A stretch of 64,000 bases of DNA from the human T2T-CHM13v2.0 reference genome, Homo sapiens (GCF_009914755.1 NC_060939.1); one strand, 5' to 3'. Shown: positions 1 to 15,942, numbered from the stretch's first letter. Program-made: numbers and translations. Notes: a model not told the origin generated them from the letters alone.

Positions 1-324
<324 letters not shown>

Positions 325-1643
325 TGACTCAGGGGTGCAGAGGTACAGGTGAGATTTGCATTTCAGGCCATTTCCCTCAGCACACTACTGTTTAAGGTAC
401 ATGTTTGACTATACACTGGTTATTTTTTGTGATTGAGTAATAAAACGAATTGGATGTTGTCTTCCACTTTCCTGTCTTGAGAAACTGTTCTGTTGATAAA
501 TGGCCTTGCTATTTACATCTGCTTCCATAGACGTGACTTACAGCACAGTGTGCTGTGCCCATATGCTGCTTTCAGAAATGTTGTTTAGAATAAAAGGCCA
601 ATAAGGTTGGCATTTCTGAGCTCTGTGACCAGCCCTGTGCTTGGGTGTGACTCCCTATTTCCAGCAGGGCCAGCTTGAGTGTTCTTGGCTGTGGAGGGAC
701 AGAAAAAGATCAAAAGGTCCCCTACATTTTTTACCAGAGGCCAGCCCCCGTGCCCGTCCTCCCAATTCAGACACAACCCGGGAGCCACAGGCTGCAGCCC
801 TGACCATCGCCCCTGGGAGGGTCAGGGAAGGACATCAAAGCCTTCCTGGGTCCACTCGTGCAGCTGGTCATCTCTCCACTAGGAGAGAAGAAGAAGGAGA
901 GGTGAAGGGTGACTTAACCTAATTCATCAATTTAGTCAACAAAAGTACATGCAGTGCAAGTATGTATGGGCATTTTGCCATGTGCTGGAAATGCAGAGTT
1001 GAGTTACACATGGTCCTTGATTTCTAAGGACCTCATGGGGAGGACAAGCAGGTGAACAAGTGCTTATTAAATATTGATCCTGATGACTGGAATCAGCAGA
1101 TTAATTCAGATCCTGCCTGAAGAAGCAGTGATCTCTGCTCCCCGTGTACCAGCAGAGCTGGGCATAGGCACAGGCTGGGTCGGCCGAGCCCAAGGTGCAC
1201 CCTGCTCTGTCTCTGTCCCTACACAGTCAGCAGATCTGAGAGAAGCTCCCATGCTTGTCTCACGAGTCTCCAGCCTCCTGAAATGAGTCCTATTCCTCCT
1301 CATCCATCCCACCTAACTCCCCGAGGAGCAGACCTGCAAGAAGCTTGGAGGCCCCTTGCTGAGTTTGATAACAGTAAGTAGAGTAGAGGAAGCTGAAGGC
1401 TCAGCAGCATTTCCAGAGCTGTGGATAACAGCAGGGTGAGTGAGCAGCAAGGCTTTCCAGCACATCCTTGTGTACAGCACAGCTCTTATCTCAGGCCTGC
1501 TTACGGCGGAGGCCTCTAACCCTCACCAAGACAAAATGTCTCTGTCTTAGATCATGAAAATATAACTACGACTTCACCAACTGGACACTTCAAAATGGAG
1601 ATCTCTGAGAAACACATCCCTTACACACATAGAAGATTCCTAT

Positions 1644-2200
1644 TGTCAAATTAAAACCAAACCCAGACTTAGGCAAGGAGAGACTGTATCCAAAAGGAAC
1701 ATTGCCATTGGGGGAAGGACTGCTGCATGGGGGAGGCTTTGACCATCAGACCTGCAAGCGTCCCAAAGGCCAGAAAGAAAGGGATTCTCTTTCATAGGGA
1801 GGGGTAGGCACAGCTATAAAGAACAGGGTATGGTAAGAGGAGTGAGCCGGTGTCGTGACCCCACGGTTGAGCAGAAAACATTCTCAGTGGACATGAGAAA
1901 GGATGGGTCTGCATCTGGCGGTGGGACAGAATCCTGAGTACGGTTGGGCAAGTCAAGTTACTGAATGTTTTGTCCAGATTGAGGAGTGGGGACAAAGTCC
2001 AGCTAATTATTTATGAGGGTCTGTGCCTGGCCTTATCCCAGATAAACAAGGGGCATTCCAGAGTTTTATGTAAGTCGCATGGGAAAGGGTGGATCTTGGC
2101 AGTGAGCCTTTTCCTGGGGAACAAAAAGATAAGGGAGGGGACGGGGGCTTCTTAACCATGAGGTTTCCAGGACAGCAGAGCTCAAGGAAAGTGTAACAAT
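1644..2200 (-). mobile_element. Old ERV1-class solo LTR (MER31/MER67-like, tentative)
   Basis: Starts tgtcaaa and ends taaca; internal text resembles MER4-group LTRs in reverse orientation. Subfamily is from memory only. Confidence 0.4.
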
Positions 2201-5136
2201 GCCACTATGAATTGTTTCAAATTACTTTTATTCAAATGTGTCATACAAATTGTTTTAGATAGCATATCAATCATTATTGTTACACGATTAACATTACTCA
2301 TCCTGCAAAACAATTCAGCACTGAAACAGTAGCAACTTATCCAAGCTGGTTTCTCTAAGGATTGGACATTTAGACAAGGATTTAAACATCCTCCTCTTGA
2401 CATTTTCTTTTGCTGAAAATAATGGTTTTAGGAAATACACATTGCAGACGTATCTGAACTGTGGCAGCTATGCCTTTGCTTGGAGGCAGGTGATATGTTC
2501 ATTTCAACACGTGCTCAGTGTTGTCTGGGAGAAGAGCACCATGCCAGGTCCAGGGCAAGGTGGGAGGAGAGAACACATGCCCTGCCTTCTGGTTGGGCCT
2601 TGATGGTGGAAGGGCGGTGAGAGTGGGCACTGACAAAGCAAATGGGGCCTCTCTGGCTGCAGATTGCAAGTTAAACATCATTCCCCAGTGCTCTAAAGCA
2701 TGATGTTGATGCACAGCAAAGCAGCTGTGGAACCTTGGAGCAGACAGTATGCTTGGGGAAAGGTCAGTCTTCAAGAATTTGTCAAAAGGTGGGACCAGCC
2801 CAGACCAACTGTGCATAGGTCAAGGGAAGGGCCATGTGGGAGGGGGACAAAAGCCAATCACCTCCCACCCCAAGAGTCCCATCCCAGGCTGAAGACTGAG
2901 AGGCAGAAGAAGCACGATGGCAGAGCTGTGGCCGGTAAGATTTATAGGCAATGGAGGATGCAGCACCGGGCCACCTTCCCTTAAAGCTTTCTGCACACTG
3001 TCTGCAGAAGCAAGCTGGGCAAAACACGAGGAAAGGATGAGCTGAAGAGAGCAAAACGAGAACAGCTTGAACCTAACCGGCTATAATCTGGCTTTGTCAC
3101 TAAAAGAATCCCTCAGGCACCTCGAGCTCTCTTTATATGTATGATAGAATCCGAAATGATGCGTTAGTCCACACACAGCTTGTTTAAGGGCTCACCATAC
3201 ATAAGGCCCTCTGAGAAGTCTGGAAGCAGCACACATAGCCGTGGCCTTGGGGAGTGAAGGAAGCGGGAGAAAATGATGAAATATGGAATGCTTAATGAAA
3301 GCCCCTGGAGGCCAAAAGCCATCTTCTGTTTCTTCTGTACACACATCAGGAGGCTGAGTATTCGATTAAGCACTTAATTAGGAAGCTTGTTTTTAATTTA
3401 TCCATGGCATAAAATGCCATCAGGGTAGACATTCCGCAAGGCTCCATTGGCTGCCTCTGCGATCCTGCTGCTTCTCTGCATAGCACATCTCGCCTCTTAG
3501 CACCCACATGCTTGGGAAGGGAGAACCCTGGTACCCTGGCTCACAGTGGCACTTTATCAAAAGGCATCTGCAGGGGAGCTGGCTGCCCAGCCACCCAGGG
3601 CAGCTGCCAGTTACTGGCAAGAGGAAATCTGAATGGCACGCATCCCAGTCTGCACGGCCACAAGTCTGTAAGGGCTGCACTGCCAATGGATGCGGAGACG
3701 AGCAAGAGGACAGTGACACTCTGCCACACTCCTGAGAAGGGGTGGGGACAGGTTTATTCCAGTCGCTTTCAGGCTGCCAGGAGAAACATCAGCTACAATC
3801 CAACAAAACAGCATGCTTATCAAGGGTCCCTCGTCTGGGCTTATTGAACACCAGGGCAGAGAGCCTCCCAGAAGCCTTCTGGTGGAATTTTGCTCCTGCT
3901 CTCCTCCGTCTGCCCAGGAAGCTTATTCCAGAGTGTCAGCAATGCAACAGCACACCTCTGTCCATATCACAGATGGTCTGCCCACGTGTCAGGCCCAGAA
4001 ACACGGTGGGGCCCAGGGAGGCCATGAATTAGTGAATTCAGCAACTAAATGCCTGCTGTCCTTACACCAGGAGCTCACCATCATAGGACAAGTGGGTTTC
4101 GATCAAATATCCTTGCTCTTCAGGCACAGATTATGTCCAGATAGCACACGGCAAATGCATTCCATCAGCTTGTGCAGTTGGAGAAGCTGACGGCCCTTGG
4201 CTTTCGGCAGCCTCCTTCACCAGCACCCCTGCCCCGAGGCCAGCCAGCTTCCCTCCCGCAGCCAGGTCCTGAGCACCTGCCTTTCACCTTCACACCTGGC
4301 CACCACGTCATCGTTGCTTTTGACTGTCTACCAGCTGCTCCCTGGCCACAAATGCTTCCCTGTAACCCATATCCCCCCAGGAAACCTCTCACTGATTTTC
4401 TACACTGCAGAGTCCATAAAGTATTGTGAGAAAGACTGAAGGTCAGTTCGGGCAGTGCCCACAGCTGGCCCAGACACTCTTGCAGCAACACCTGCACCTC
4501 GATTTAGCATCCTTAGCCCCAAAGACAGGCAGGCAACAAGGGCAAAGACAGCCAACAACAATGACTAAGATCCGGGGTGTCAGCCCCTCCGCACCCTCAG
4601 CCTGGATCTTTAAGACCTGGTGGGGCCAGCGGAGGGGGATGGTGGTCTTTCAAAAGTTGATAAATTCATTAAAATCATGCGGGAAAAGAGCTGCTGAATT
4701 TAAAGCAAGCAAAAGCAGGATGGTGGGAACTTGACATTGACAATAAGGGCAGGCAGGGATGGAGAAAGCAAGAGGCTGGGCTGGATGGGGGAACCGTGGG
4801 CACGAGATGGAGGGAAAGCCAGGGGTCAGGCCAGCAGGGCTGGTGATGGGGCAAGAGGCAGAGAAAAAGGATTTGCTCTTCTCAAGGTGGGCCATGGTTT
4901 TTGCATTGGCCCTTTGGGTTTCTCTGTTAAAATTCCAGTAAAGATTTACATTCCATATTCAGTTATTCTCAGTTGCTGGATGAATTTTATTTGAATGTTG
5001 CTCTGTTCAGACAGGATTACCCGGGCCCCATGTATATGCAGCTGACAAAGCCAAAGACAGACCCTCTGACCTCCTGCTGTTCGACTTATGATTGATTAGA
5101 TAACATTAAAACTGTTCCTTGCCTCTGATTAGGTAA

Positions 5137-6554
5137 TGTCAACAAGAAATAAACTTCTACCCTTCCCCACTCAACTGACTGATGGACCCCTCTCTTGGCC
5201 TAAGACATTCCAAAGAAGCCTGGAAAACTAATTCAGGCCATGAGGGGAAGTTGAGTCAGACATGTCTCATGATACCCTCCTCCCTTTGGAATTCAGGCAC
5301 AATTGACCAGAGATTCTGACAGAGCAGACCCTTTGTAGCTCTGTAAGAGACCAAATTCCAACCTGACTCTAGTGCAGCATCGCATGACAGATAGCGGGCC
5401 CTGAAAGAACCTGCAGTATTTTACCACAAAATGTACTCCTTTTGTTACAGGAAAGGAGTCCCGATCCCGACCCCCAGAGAGGGTTCTTGGATCTCCCACA
5501 AGAAAGAATTCAGGGCAAGTCCACAATGCAAAGCAAAAGCAAGTTTATTAAGAAAGTAAAGTGTTGAAAGTGCAGCTACTCCTTAGACGGAGTCGGGCAT
5601 TTCCAAAAGTAAGAGGAGGAAATGTGTCCACCCTAGGTACAATGCTCGTGTGTGTATGTATATAGGATAAAAAAAGGTCATGGGGAGATGTGCTCTGTTA
5701 CAAGGGTTTGTAGTAAAGGATTAATTTTCTTAATTACCATATTTTGCAAGAATCAATATTATTATACTTAAAGCAAAATTAGGAATGCCTTTATTCTCAA
5801 GATATTGGGATATCTGGACACTCCCAAGTCTGGATCTGTTTAGTAAACCTTCTCAGTCTGTTCCCTTAACCGTAAACCTCTAGCGGCTAGAAATACCTAA
5901 CTTTCTGGGAATGCAGACCAGCAAGTCCCAGCCTTATTTTCCTAGCCCTCACCCAAGATGGAGTTGCTCTGGTTTGAACACGTCTGACACTTTGAAATAT
6001 TTTGAAATGGCCCTGCAATGCTTTCTCTTGTGGGGGGAAATTTACGCTGTGTAGAGAATCCCCCTTCCCTTCCAGGCCTTTTCCTGATCCAGGAGAGAAT
6101 TAACTAAGATTCTGGCACCTTTTAAAGGTCTGAATAGGAAACATTTGCCATCTATAGCATCTAAGGGCAGCTGCTGAAGAGATTTCACCCACATAATCAG
6201 AACCCTGTTGTCCACAACCCCAGCACTCCTTTCGATTCATTCCAGGTCTTTAGATAATAACTCTTTCAACCAATTGCCAATCAGAAAACCTTTGAATCCA
6301 CCTATGACTTGGAAGCCCCCTGCTTCAAGTTGTCCCACCTTTCTGGACCAAACCAATGTACACCTTACACGTATTGCTTGACGTCTGCTTATAACTTCTG
6401 CCCCCCTAAAATGTATAAAACCAAGCTCTAACCCAACCACCTTGGGCACACGTTCTCAGGACCTCTTGAGACTGTGCTTCAGGCCTTGGTCACTCATATT
6501 TGGTTCAGAATAAACCTCTTTAAACATTTTACAGCGTTTCACTCTTCATCAACA
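5137..6554 (+). mobile_element. MER4 (MER4D-like) solo LTR interrupted by MER41
   Basis: MER4-type blocks ggaattcaggcacaattgaccag, gaaatggccctgcaa, ccaattgccaatcagaaa and aataaacctctttaaacattttacag; TG...CA ends. Confidence 0.8.
5443..5989 (-). mobile_element. MER41-family solo LTR nested in MER4
   Basis: tgttacaggaaaggagtcccgatcc...caagatggagttgctctggtttgaacacgtctgaca, with 4-bp TSD CTTT at 5439-5442 and 5990-5993. Confidence 0.85.
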
Positions 6555-6572
6555 TTAAAATTAGAACTTTTT

Positions 6573-6913
<341 letters not shown>

Positions 6914-8369
6914 CTAGAAAGAAAAACAATCCTTGTTCCAAAAACTGATGGAGACTTCCTCTTCTGCGGAACAACCCTAGCTGTGAGTCAACTCCTCTGC
7001 AACTGGTTAACCATCCCTGTAAAATTCCAGGATAACCCCCCAGCCACGACACTGGTCTTCAGATCTGGGGTGTTCTCCTATGGTGACAGCCTAAATAAAG
7101 TCAGTCTCCTCCCTCACCCAACTTTGGCCTTTGATGCAGCAGTGGAGACAGCATACCATTTTTGGACAGTGGGATGTACTCCCCTCTCTCCCACATCCCC
7201 ATCCATTTATCTAGCTGCTTCTCCCAGGCACTAAGATCCAGAGTCCCTCTCTGGCCTACAGTCTGGTGGGATCAGACCCTGGTTCCACCCTCACTCATCC
7301 TGCTCATGCTACAGACCTCCTGGCTGTAACAAGAACCCTGGCTCAAGACATCCATTCAGATGTTCCCTCCCAATGAACCTGTTTAAATGACTTGACTCCA
7401 TTTTCCCCAAAACTTATCACTCCTAAATGTATCAATTTCACTTACTGTCTCCTCCACTTGAAAATTAATACCATCAGATCACTGCCCAGGAAACAGGCAC
7501 ACAGACAGACTCAGTGAGCACCTCCAGCCCCCCACCACCAACAACCACACAGTGAGGAGGGGACTCCACCCCAGCCTCATGCCAGTGCAGGTGAGGTATG
7601 GCTGTGACAGTCACATGGGGCAAGGACCCCTGCTGGGGCATGGTGACATGGGAAGAACTGTGATTATATACAGCACAACAAATGTCCTGCAGAAAATGTA
7701 AAAGTCAGAAATGTGAGTAAGTGTTCGATCGGTCTTCCTTATTCTGGACTAAGCTACTTTGAAAAAGTAAGAAGCCGCTGAAAATTGACATTGTGGTGTA
7801 TAACAGCCAGTTCTGGGCATGTTCAGCCAACAGTTTCAAGATCCTCCAGACTAAAACACTGCTGGTTTTAGATGTTGGGGAGCCAGTGTCAGGGTGACAA
7901 AGGCCATGAAGTGGGCAGGCCGGCCTGGAACTGACTGAGGGGAGCAGTGAGCAGTGGTTCTCAGTGCAGAACCACCCAGACGTCAGTTTTTATGGAAAGA
8001 ACCCATATAAGAATTAAACAGGGAGGTTACCTAAAACCTGTTTTTAAGTTGTACCTGTTTACCTAAAACTAACTCTCTCCAATTTGAAATTAAAGAAATA
8101 ATGCTATGCTTATCTTAAACCTAGATTTAATATCTATTAAAAAAATGAGTATTCTCGTTTGATCACATGAGTTCTTTCTCAACAGCAAATGAGAATTTTG
8201 ATCTGGAAAAGATGACATTTCCAGAAAGTTCTATTTCTGCCTGTTGCTCCCCACTCAGTACAATTATGCATCTTGGTAACTTGAGATGACCAAAGGAGAA
8301 CTCTGAAACGTGGATGAGGAGGGTGAACTGGTTTGGAATCCAGGGTAGGAGGAAAAATATAGTGGTGGG

Positions 8370-10450
8370 GCACCCACACCCTCCACTCAACAGAAGAAGG
8401 TAACCCAGCCAGAATTATTCCTGGCCCAGCCTAGCTACAGAAGACAGCCCAGATGGGCTCTGTCTTCCTTCAAGCTGAACACGAGTCCCACCAACAATAC
8501 CAGGTCAGCCCAGAAGAACCAACTAGGGAGAGCAATCTGAATCTCCACTGACAATAAGTGTTCCTCTTCCCATCAGTGAGCCTGATGAATCCCTTCCCCA
8601 ACCCAGACACACTGAGGCCAGGATGCACCTATGAGGAATATCCTGCTCCCAAACTACCTGGGCTGGGAAATGCTCATGGTCGGCACTGCTCCATAGTGGG
8701 GGGAGAACCTCAAAACAAATGAGCAAGTCAGAAGATCCCATCATCCTAGGGACACCAGGTGGCCTGACCTGGGTATTTTCTCCACATCCTCAAGCAGCAT
8801 CAGCAGGGAGCAGTGGAAGCATCAACACCAATGATAAAGCAAGCAGACCAAAATAGCATGGCATCAGCTCCCAAAACTAGACAGTCATTGGAGCCGCAGT
8901 GCACAAAAGTACACCAGGACCTTTGTGCCAAACCTGAAAAGGGTAACTGCTTGCTAAAATTCAACTTTTAAATATAATCCATAATGTCCTAATAGCCAGT
9001 TTTTCCAGTATATATAGATCATCTGTCATGCAATGATCCGGAAAATTAAAACTTGGATAAGAAAAGACAATCAACTGATGCCAACACTAGGAGAAGTCAG
9101 TTGTACAAATTATATGACAAGGATTCTAAAGCCTATATTACAAAATGATGCAATAGGCAATGAATAAGCAATAAATAAATGAACCAAATGAAAACTAAAC
9201 ACTGAAAAATATGATAATGATAAAATAAAAATAAAATACTTGCTGAATGTGTTCAACAGTAGAGTGGAGACGACAGAGTATAGAATTAGTGAACTTTGGG
9301 TCAGATCAATAAAATTCATCCAATATGAACACAGAGAGAAAATACTGAAAAAAAAATGAACAGAGCTTTAAGACTGTAATTCAACATTTGTATCACTGGA
9401 GTTCTAGAAGAAGAAAAAGAGAATGGGGCTGAAGGAATATTTGGATAATTGTTAACTGAAAATTTCCCGATTTTGGTAAAAGAAATCTAAAGTTCACAAA
9501 GCTGAGAAAACTTCAAAAACAATAAACTCAAAGAAATCCATACTAAGCCACAACATAATCAAATCCCTGAAATTAAATAAAAAAAAGAAATTCCTGAAAG
9601 CAGCAAGAGGAAATGACAACTTATCTGTAGGGGAAAATCAATTTGAATGACAGTACATTCCTCATTAGAGACCATATGGGCACAAGGAAGTAACAGAGCA
9701 TTTCTCAAGGGCTGAAAGAAAAGAACTGTCAACTAAGAACTATGTCCAGTAAGACTTCCTTCAAGAATGAAGGTGAAATGAAACTCTTCTAGAATGAAGA
9801 AAAACTGAAAGAAGTTGTTGCAAGTAGATCTAGCTTAGTGAATGAATGGCCAAATTCTTTCTTATGAGTTCTAGCCACCAGAATAAGGCAAAAAATATAT
9901 ATTAAAGGCATAAAGATTGAGAAGGCAGAAATGAAAATGTCCCTATTAGTAGATGACATAATGATCTATGTACAAAATACCAAGGAATTTTTTTTTTAAT
10001 TCTGTAACTAATAAGTGAACTCAGCAAGGCCATGGTATACAGGATCTACACACACAAATCAATCACATTTCTACACGTTAATTATGCAGATTTGGAAACT
10101 GAAATTTAAAACACAGTACCTTTCTCTTCAAAGAATATTAAATACTCAATTATAAATCTAACAAAACTTGTCCAGGTTATGCACGCTGAAAATTGTAAGA
10201 TGTTGATGAAAGAAACCAAAAGAGACCTAAATAAATGGAGAGACATATCATGTCCAAGGGATGGAAAGTTCAACATAGTAAAATTGTCAATTCTTCCCAA
10301 ATTAACTTATAAGTTTAGTGTGATTTCTATCACATCAGGTCAAGTTTTTTAAAATAGGCATAAGCAAGCTTATCCTAAAATTTATTTGCAAGCATAGGCT
10401 TTAGCAAAGACAATCTTGACCAAGAGTTAAGTGGGAAGAATCACTCTATC
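8370..10450 (+). mobile_element. Old L1M fragments (5'/ORF1-like ~9040-9830, ORF2-like ~9865-10450, internally deleted)
   Basis: L1-like blocks gaattagtgaactt, cctgaaagcagcaagag, gatgacataatgatctatg (RT DD motif region) and aataaatggagagacata. Confidence 0.75.
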
Positions 10451-10639
10451 TCCCTCTGATCCACAAGCCCACCCCTCTTTTCTCCACTTAAAGCCACCTA
10501 GTGACTGCACCTTGGTTAGTTGCCTCAGAAACTGATGTGTATTTGTCTCAAGATTCATCCCTCAATACCCATCATTTTCTCCAGGGCTCTTACAAGATAC
10601 TAACGCATCCTGGATAGAGAAGTAGAACGTCTCCTTCAA

Positions 10640-12440
10640 GACAAATTAACCTGTATATTAAAAAAGTTACAGAACTACACCCCTCTTTGGAGTGCACTTA
10701 AGGAAATGGAATCTAAGTATATTACATCCCAGAGGATAAAATACAAGGCTTGAACGGGCCAAATTCCTGGACAGGCACACTCACCGGGAGTTTGAGATTT
10801 AATGTGTTAGCTGACCCCTTGGAATAGGCATTATTAATATGCACAGTTGGTTAATATTGGGCATATAGAGAAAGGAGTCCAAAGGCTCAGATTTTTATGT
10901 GTCCCTTACTCAGCTGTCCCCTAGCATTCCCTGCAAGAGAATCCAGTGGACACTTCCTGCATTGAAGCATTAATAAATGCAGTGTTGCAGGGGCCACCAG
11001 TGTCCTTAGAAGTCTCTGATATCTGTCCTTTGGAGACTGTTGCTGACAGTAGGAGAGGCAGTAATGGAATAAAGTTATCTTTTCTCAGTGGGAATAATGG
11101 GATTCCAAGGTGGTAAAGACCAGCGGTGTGCTTAATTGTCATAGTCAAGGTTGGCACAGTTACCACATTATGCTTCAGAGGTCTGTGCCAAAAGGCAAGT
11201 GGATCACAGAGCTCAAAGCAATGGCTTCTATGGGAAGCTTGACATAGAAACCTGGAGAGAATCTGGACCTGGGGAGAAGCTTCAGTCATCATAAGAAGGA
11301 TGAATGACACAAGCTGCTTCCCAGACCTGAGAGTGTTCCTAGCCTCACAGGTCATTGATTGAAGAGAGGTCAGCCAGGTGCATTTGAGAAAGATCCTGCA
11401 ACAGACCCACGGATGCATTTACTGCTCTTCCCACACCTTCCTCAGAGGGACCTGTGGCCATTTACCAGGTGACTTTTGCATTCCAGTAAGAAATATCCAG
11501 ACGGTCCTAATGGTTTTAAATTTTCCCTGATTCTCAGAGATCCAAAACATCCTCTGGTCCTTAAGACAGAATAGAGGCTTATGTTGGTCAAGTGACAAGT
11601 GCATTCTTGTGCTAAGTCCGCATAATAATTGGTCCTATGAAATGGTGGACCCTTCCTATGGTTATTCCCCTTCTCCAGAATGAATGCTGAGAGAGATCAT
11701 GTTAAATAACCATTAGAATGACCAAGTTTGTTTCCTATTACATGAGGAAGTTGCCCATCTCACACCAAGATGGTAACACAAAAGAAATACAACATCCTGA
11801 TGGTAATTTTAGGAGTGACTTAAAATTACCCTACAAAGTGAGAAAAAGTTGTACCAATCATCAAAAACAAGAAAAAAATACAATTCTTGATGGTCCACTT
11901 TTAATTTCGAAGGCAGCATATAACATATTGGATTCGCTGCTCTGACCCATTAGCAGGTAACCTCCCAAGGCTGCAAGGTTTGAGGGGGACCAGAGCAAGC
12001 AAGTGCAGCTCACAGGTCCAGGTTGCCACACTGGCTGCCCTGCCACTTGGGCCTTGTGAAATAGCACAGCACAGCTGCAGGTATCCCAAGGGCAGACACA
12101 CACACTGTAGGGAGATGCTGGCAAGCCTTGAGGGGAGAATAGGAGTGCAAACCTCAGGATCTGAATGAAGTCCCTGCCTTCCTGTTCTGACTAGTGTACT
12201 AGTCTTCTCTAGAAAAGCAGCTCCAGGCTGCCACTGGGCCTTGGTGCAGGTTGAAGATCTGACTGTGGAAAACAGAGTGACTACAGAACTTGGGCTGTGC
12301 GTCACAAGCCAAGGGCTATCTGATCCACTGAACCATCAAGTCAGATGTGCACAGTGATCTTCTGTTATGAAGTATGTTGCATTTACAAGACTGGGCCCCA
12401 GCAGATCTGGAAGGCGCACATGCACTGCAGGAGGAAGTGG
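10640..12440 (+). mobile_element. Degenerate ERVL/MaLR internal region (gag/pro/pol remnants)
   Basis: gggacctgtggccatttaccaggtgac resembles ERVL RDLWPFTRV. Positions 11970-12370 resemble ERVL pol (QVQ..AALPLGP, EKQL..CHWALV..E.LT). Many stops and frameshifts. Confidence 0.65.
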
Positions 12441-13835
12441 CTCAGATTCCCATGGACTCTGCTGCTGCCACGTTGCCTGCGTGGGGCCGTGTGTCAAAGG
12501 TAAGGCACAGCTCCTCATGCAAGCTCAGGCAGGACCAGATCCTCGTCTGCAGCACACAGACCCTTCATCTGGATTTTCATGGTGAATTCAGACAGTAAAA
12601 GTGTGTCCTCACCGTCCCTGTGGTCTTCAGGACTTTATGCACGTGATGTCGGGCAAACTCTAGCAAGGACAACTGCCTGTGGCAGTCCAACATTTATAGC
12701 AAAGGCACAGCTGGTTTCTTCGAGGTTGTCTTTTTCCATCATAACGACACAGGATTTAATAAGCACTGGATTGTTCACCTAATAATTCTGTAGACAGCGT
12801 CAGGAGGGAGTGTGGGCAAGCTCGCGTGGTCTCTTGAGTGGAAAAGCTCATGGCACTTTTAGTGTCTCCTTTCTTCAGAAGTGGACTTTTCATCTGCTGA
12901 GGAGCAAAACAGTACATAAAGCTGAGTATCTTCCATCTGCTCCTCCTGCCACACTCCCATTCCCGGACAGCATCAGCAGTGCTTCCTGTCCCCTGGCTTC
13001 CAGCTAGCTCAGTCCACGTACAGAGGGAAGCCACAGGAAGAAAGGCATAAACTCAGGATGATTCCCACAGCCCACCCCCGGCCCTGGCTACCAAGTGTCT
13101 CATGCTGGCACAGCCCCAGCAGAAGGCCACGGCTCCCGTCCAGTCCCTCTGGACACAGCTCCCTGCATCTCCAGGTCCTGGTCCCCCACCCCCCCCACCC
13201 AGAGGCCCACAGCTGCCTCCTCTCACTGGCCCTAAAGGATTGCACCATCCCTGGCTGCAGTCACTTGCACTTACCCAATGTGGGCAGACACCTATTTCCA
13301 GCCAGTTCTCTGGCTGCTGCGCTAGGGAAATGGAATCAAAGAGCCAGGCAGTGCTGAGGTCCTGTCTGATGCTTGAGATCTTCATTTAAAAATAAAACCA
13401 GCCATCCCTGTGGGATGATTCACCTCAGCAACATTGAGGGGCAGTAAAGGTAGCATGGGGCCAGTTTGTTGGTTGACTTTTAAATTTTAGAGCATAAACA
13501 AACAACTAAGCTACGAGGGAGTTGACAGGGGAATTTAAAATGTCCTAGGCCAATGAACGAGAGGTTCCAGCAGGGGCAAGTTTTGTTTTAGAGGGTAACC
13601 TGGGGTAAATGACTGGAAGTGTTGGAGCGTCAGAGAAAGACCACAGAGATGAAGGACCCTAGGCAGGTCCTGGAGACCCAGGGTGGGTGTAACACGGAGG
13701 GGAGTGGGAGAAGGGGGTGGGGGCAGAGAAATCAGAACTGTGGGGCATGAATAGGAACCTCGGGGGAGGCTGGGGGTATGAGCAAGAGGGAGAAATGAGC
13801 CCGGAGCTAATGGTTTTTAAGAATGAGAAGGGATG

Positions 13836-14254
<419 letters not shown>

Positions 14255-15258
14255 TTAAAGGATGAAAGAGCAGATGGGAGCTGAGCTGGAAGGAGCCGGA
14301 CATGAGGGAGCCCAGTGCTGTCCCCAGCCATCCTGATGTGGGATAGAAGAGGAAACAGTGCTTTTCAGTGACCGGCTCAGGGATATCCAGGTCCAGTGAG
14401 ACCAAGCAAAGTACGGGCAGCACGGGAGTGGCCAGAAGAACCCTTCCCTGGACAGGCTGTGGCAGGGGCTCCTCCGGGATATCCAGTCAGCTGCACGTGT
14501 CTCAAGGCTTCTGTGTGACGTTGTCCAACACTGCATTTTAAAATAAACTACGGTTGCACGTCAGCTTTGCTGTCAAGGAATTCAAAGGGCATATAAACAC
14601 TCCCAACCTTTCAGGGAAGAACTGTGTTGCCATTCGACAATACAGACTCTAAACAGTAGACAGGGACACCCATCCTGAGAGCACCTGTGACAGAAATGGG
14701 ACCAGAAAGGTCTCCTGCCTTGCAGTTCTTAGTGCCCTGAGCATCTTGGAACTTTTGAAGTCAGACGCTTGACACACAATCACTTCGGAGCAGTGTCCCC
14801 ATTTTCATTCCAAGGTGTCATGCACAGAAGATCAGAAACTGAAGAAGGGCTTCTTCCTCTGGGGCATAGCCATGATACTGATGAGGCAGAGCAGAGGAGA
14901 CCTCGCAGGAAGCACAGGGCTCCCCCTTGGTCTTTGTTCTCATTACCCTTACCTCACAAGGAATGCTTCACAAAAGAACTGCATTTAATAAACACCGACT
15001 GAGCCACAGCGTCCTGCAGGGAGAGCAGGACTGAGGGTATCGAGTGTACGTCTGTGTAATTGATGGAAATAGCATGCACCACTTGCAAAATGGAAAAATC
15101 ATTACTCTAAGCTGTTAAATATGTAAGATATCCTTAAAAGATACCTATGATCTTCTGCAAGTCAAATTTCTGGACTTTTAATTAATAACTTTAAAACTGC
15201 AGAGAAAAATATAAATGGATAAAATGCAATTTTACATAATGTAAACTACTCCAAAGCC

Positions 15259-15771
15259 TTTTATCAAGGAACAGTTTATTTTAATACATAAAATGTTTCC
15301 TTACGAGCAGTAAACCTTTTCCCAGAAAGTCTATATTCAGAAAGCATACAATTTGAATGCTGATTATTTTAACATGAAAAGTGATTACAAGAAAAACAAA
15401 CTGTGTTTAGCCTCAGGAGAATTGACAGTTAAACAGTACAGTCAATTTTAGGTGGATGTGTGTCTTTTCCTATGTATAGCAGGAAGGGTTTTTAAACATA
15501 CGTATTTTTCTGGAGGGGAATCTTGAGTAAGTTATCTCACATCTTTCTACATTTTGTCCTTGGGGAGAAAGGACACACAGAGGAGGTCATGGTGTTCCAA
15601 CATTCGCTTGAATTAGAGTGTTAGTGTCAAGGTCTATTCCACTGTGTCTCTGTAGCATCTCCAGGGTAAGCACCTTTTCTTCTTCAAACAGTGGGGTCAG
15701 GGTAGTTTTATGACTAATGGGTTGTGATGGATGAAGTTTCCTTTAGTCTTCGAGCAATAGATGGATGTCTA
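15259..15771 (-). other. OCA2: OCA2 3'UTR (terminal exon); 3' end approximate
   Basis: Repeat-free sequence between the stop codon and the polyA signal. The cleavage site is inferred about 15-20 nt past AATAAA. Confidence 0.85.
15275..15289 (-). terminator. OCA2: OCA2 polyadenylation signal
   Basis: Minus strand reads ATGTATTAAAATAAA: a UGUA motif, overlapping ATTAAA/AATAAA hexamers, then a G/T-rich downstream tract. Confidence 0.85.

Positions 15772-15942
<171 letters not shown>

Noticed and set aside
10921-11418. 165-aa minus-strand ORF
   Set aside because: It lies antisense within the decayed ERVL interior and resembles no protein I recognise.
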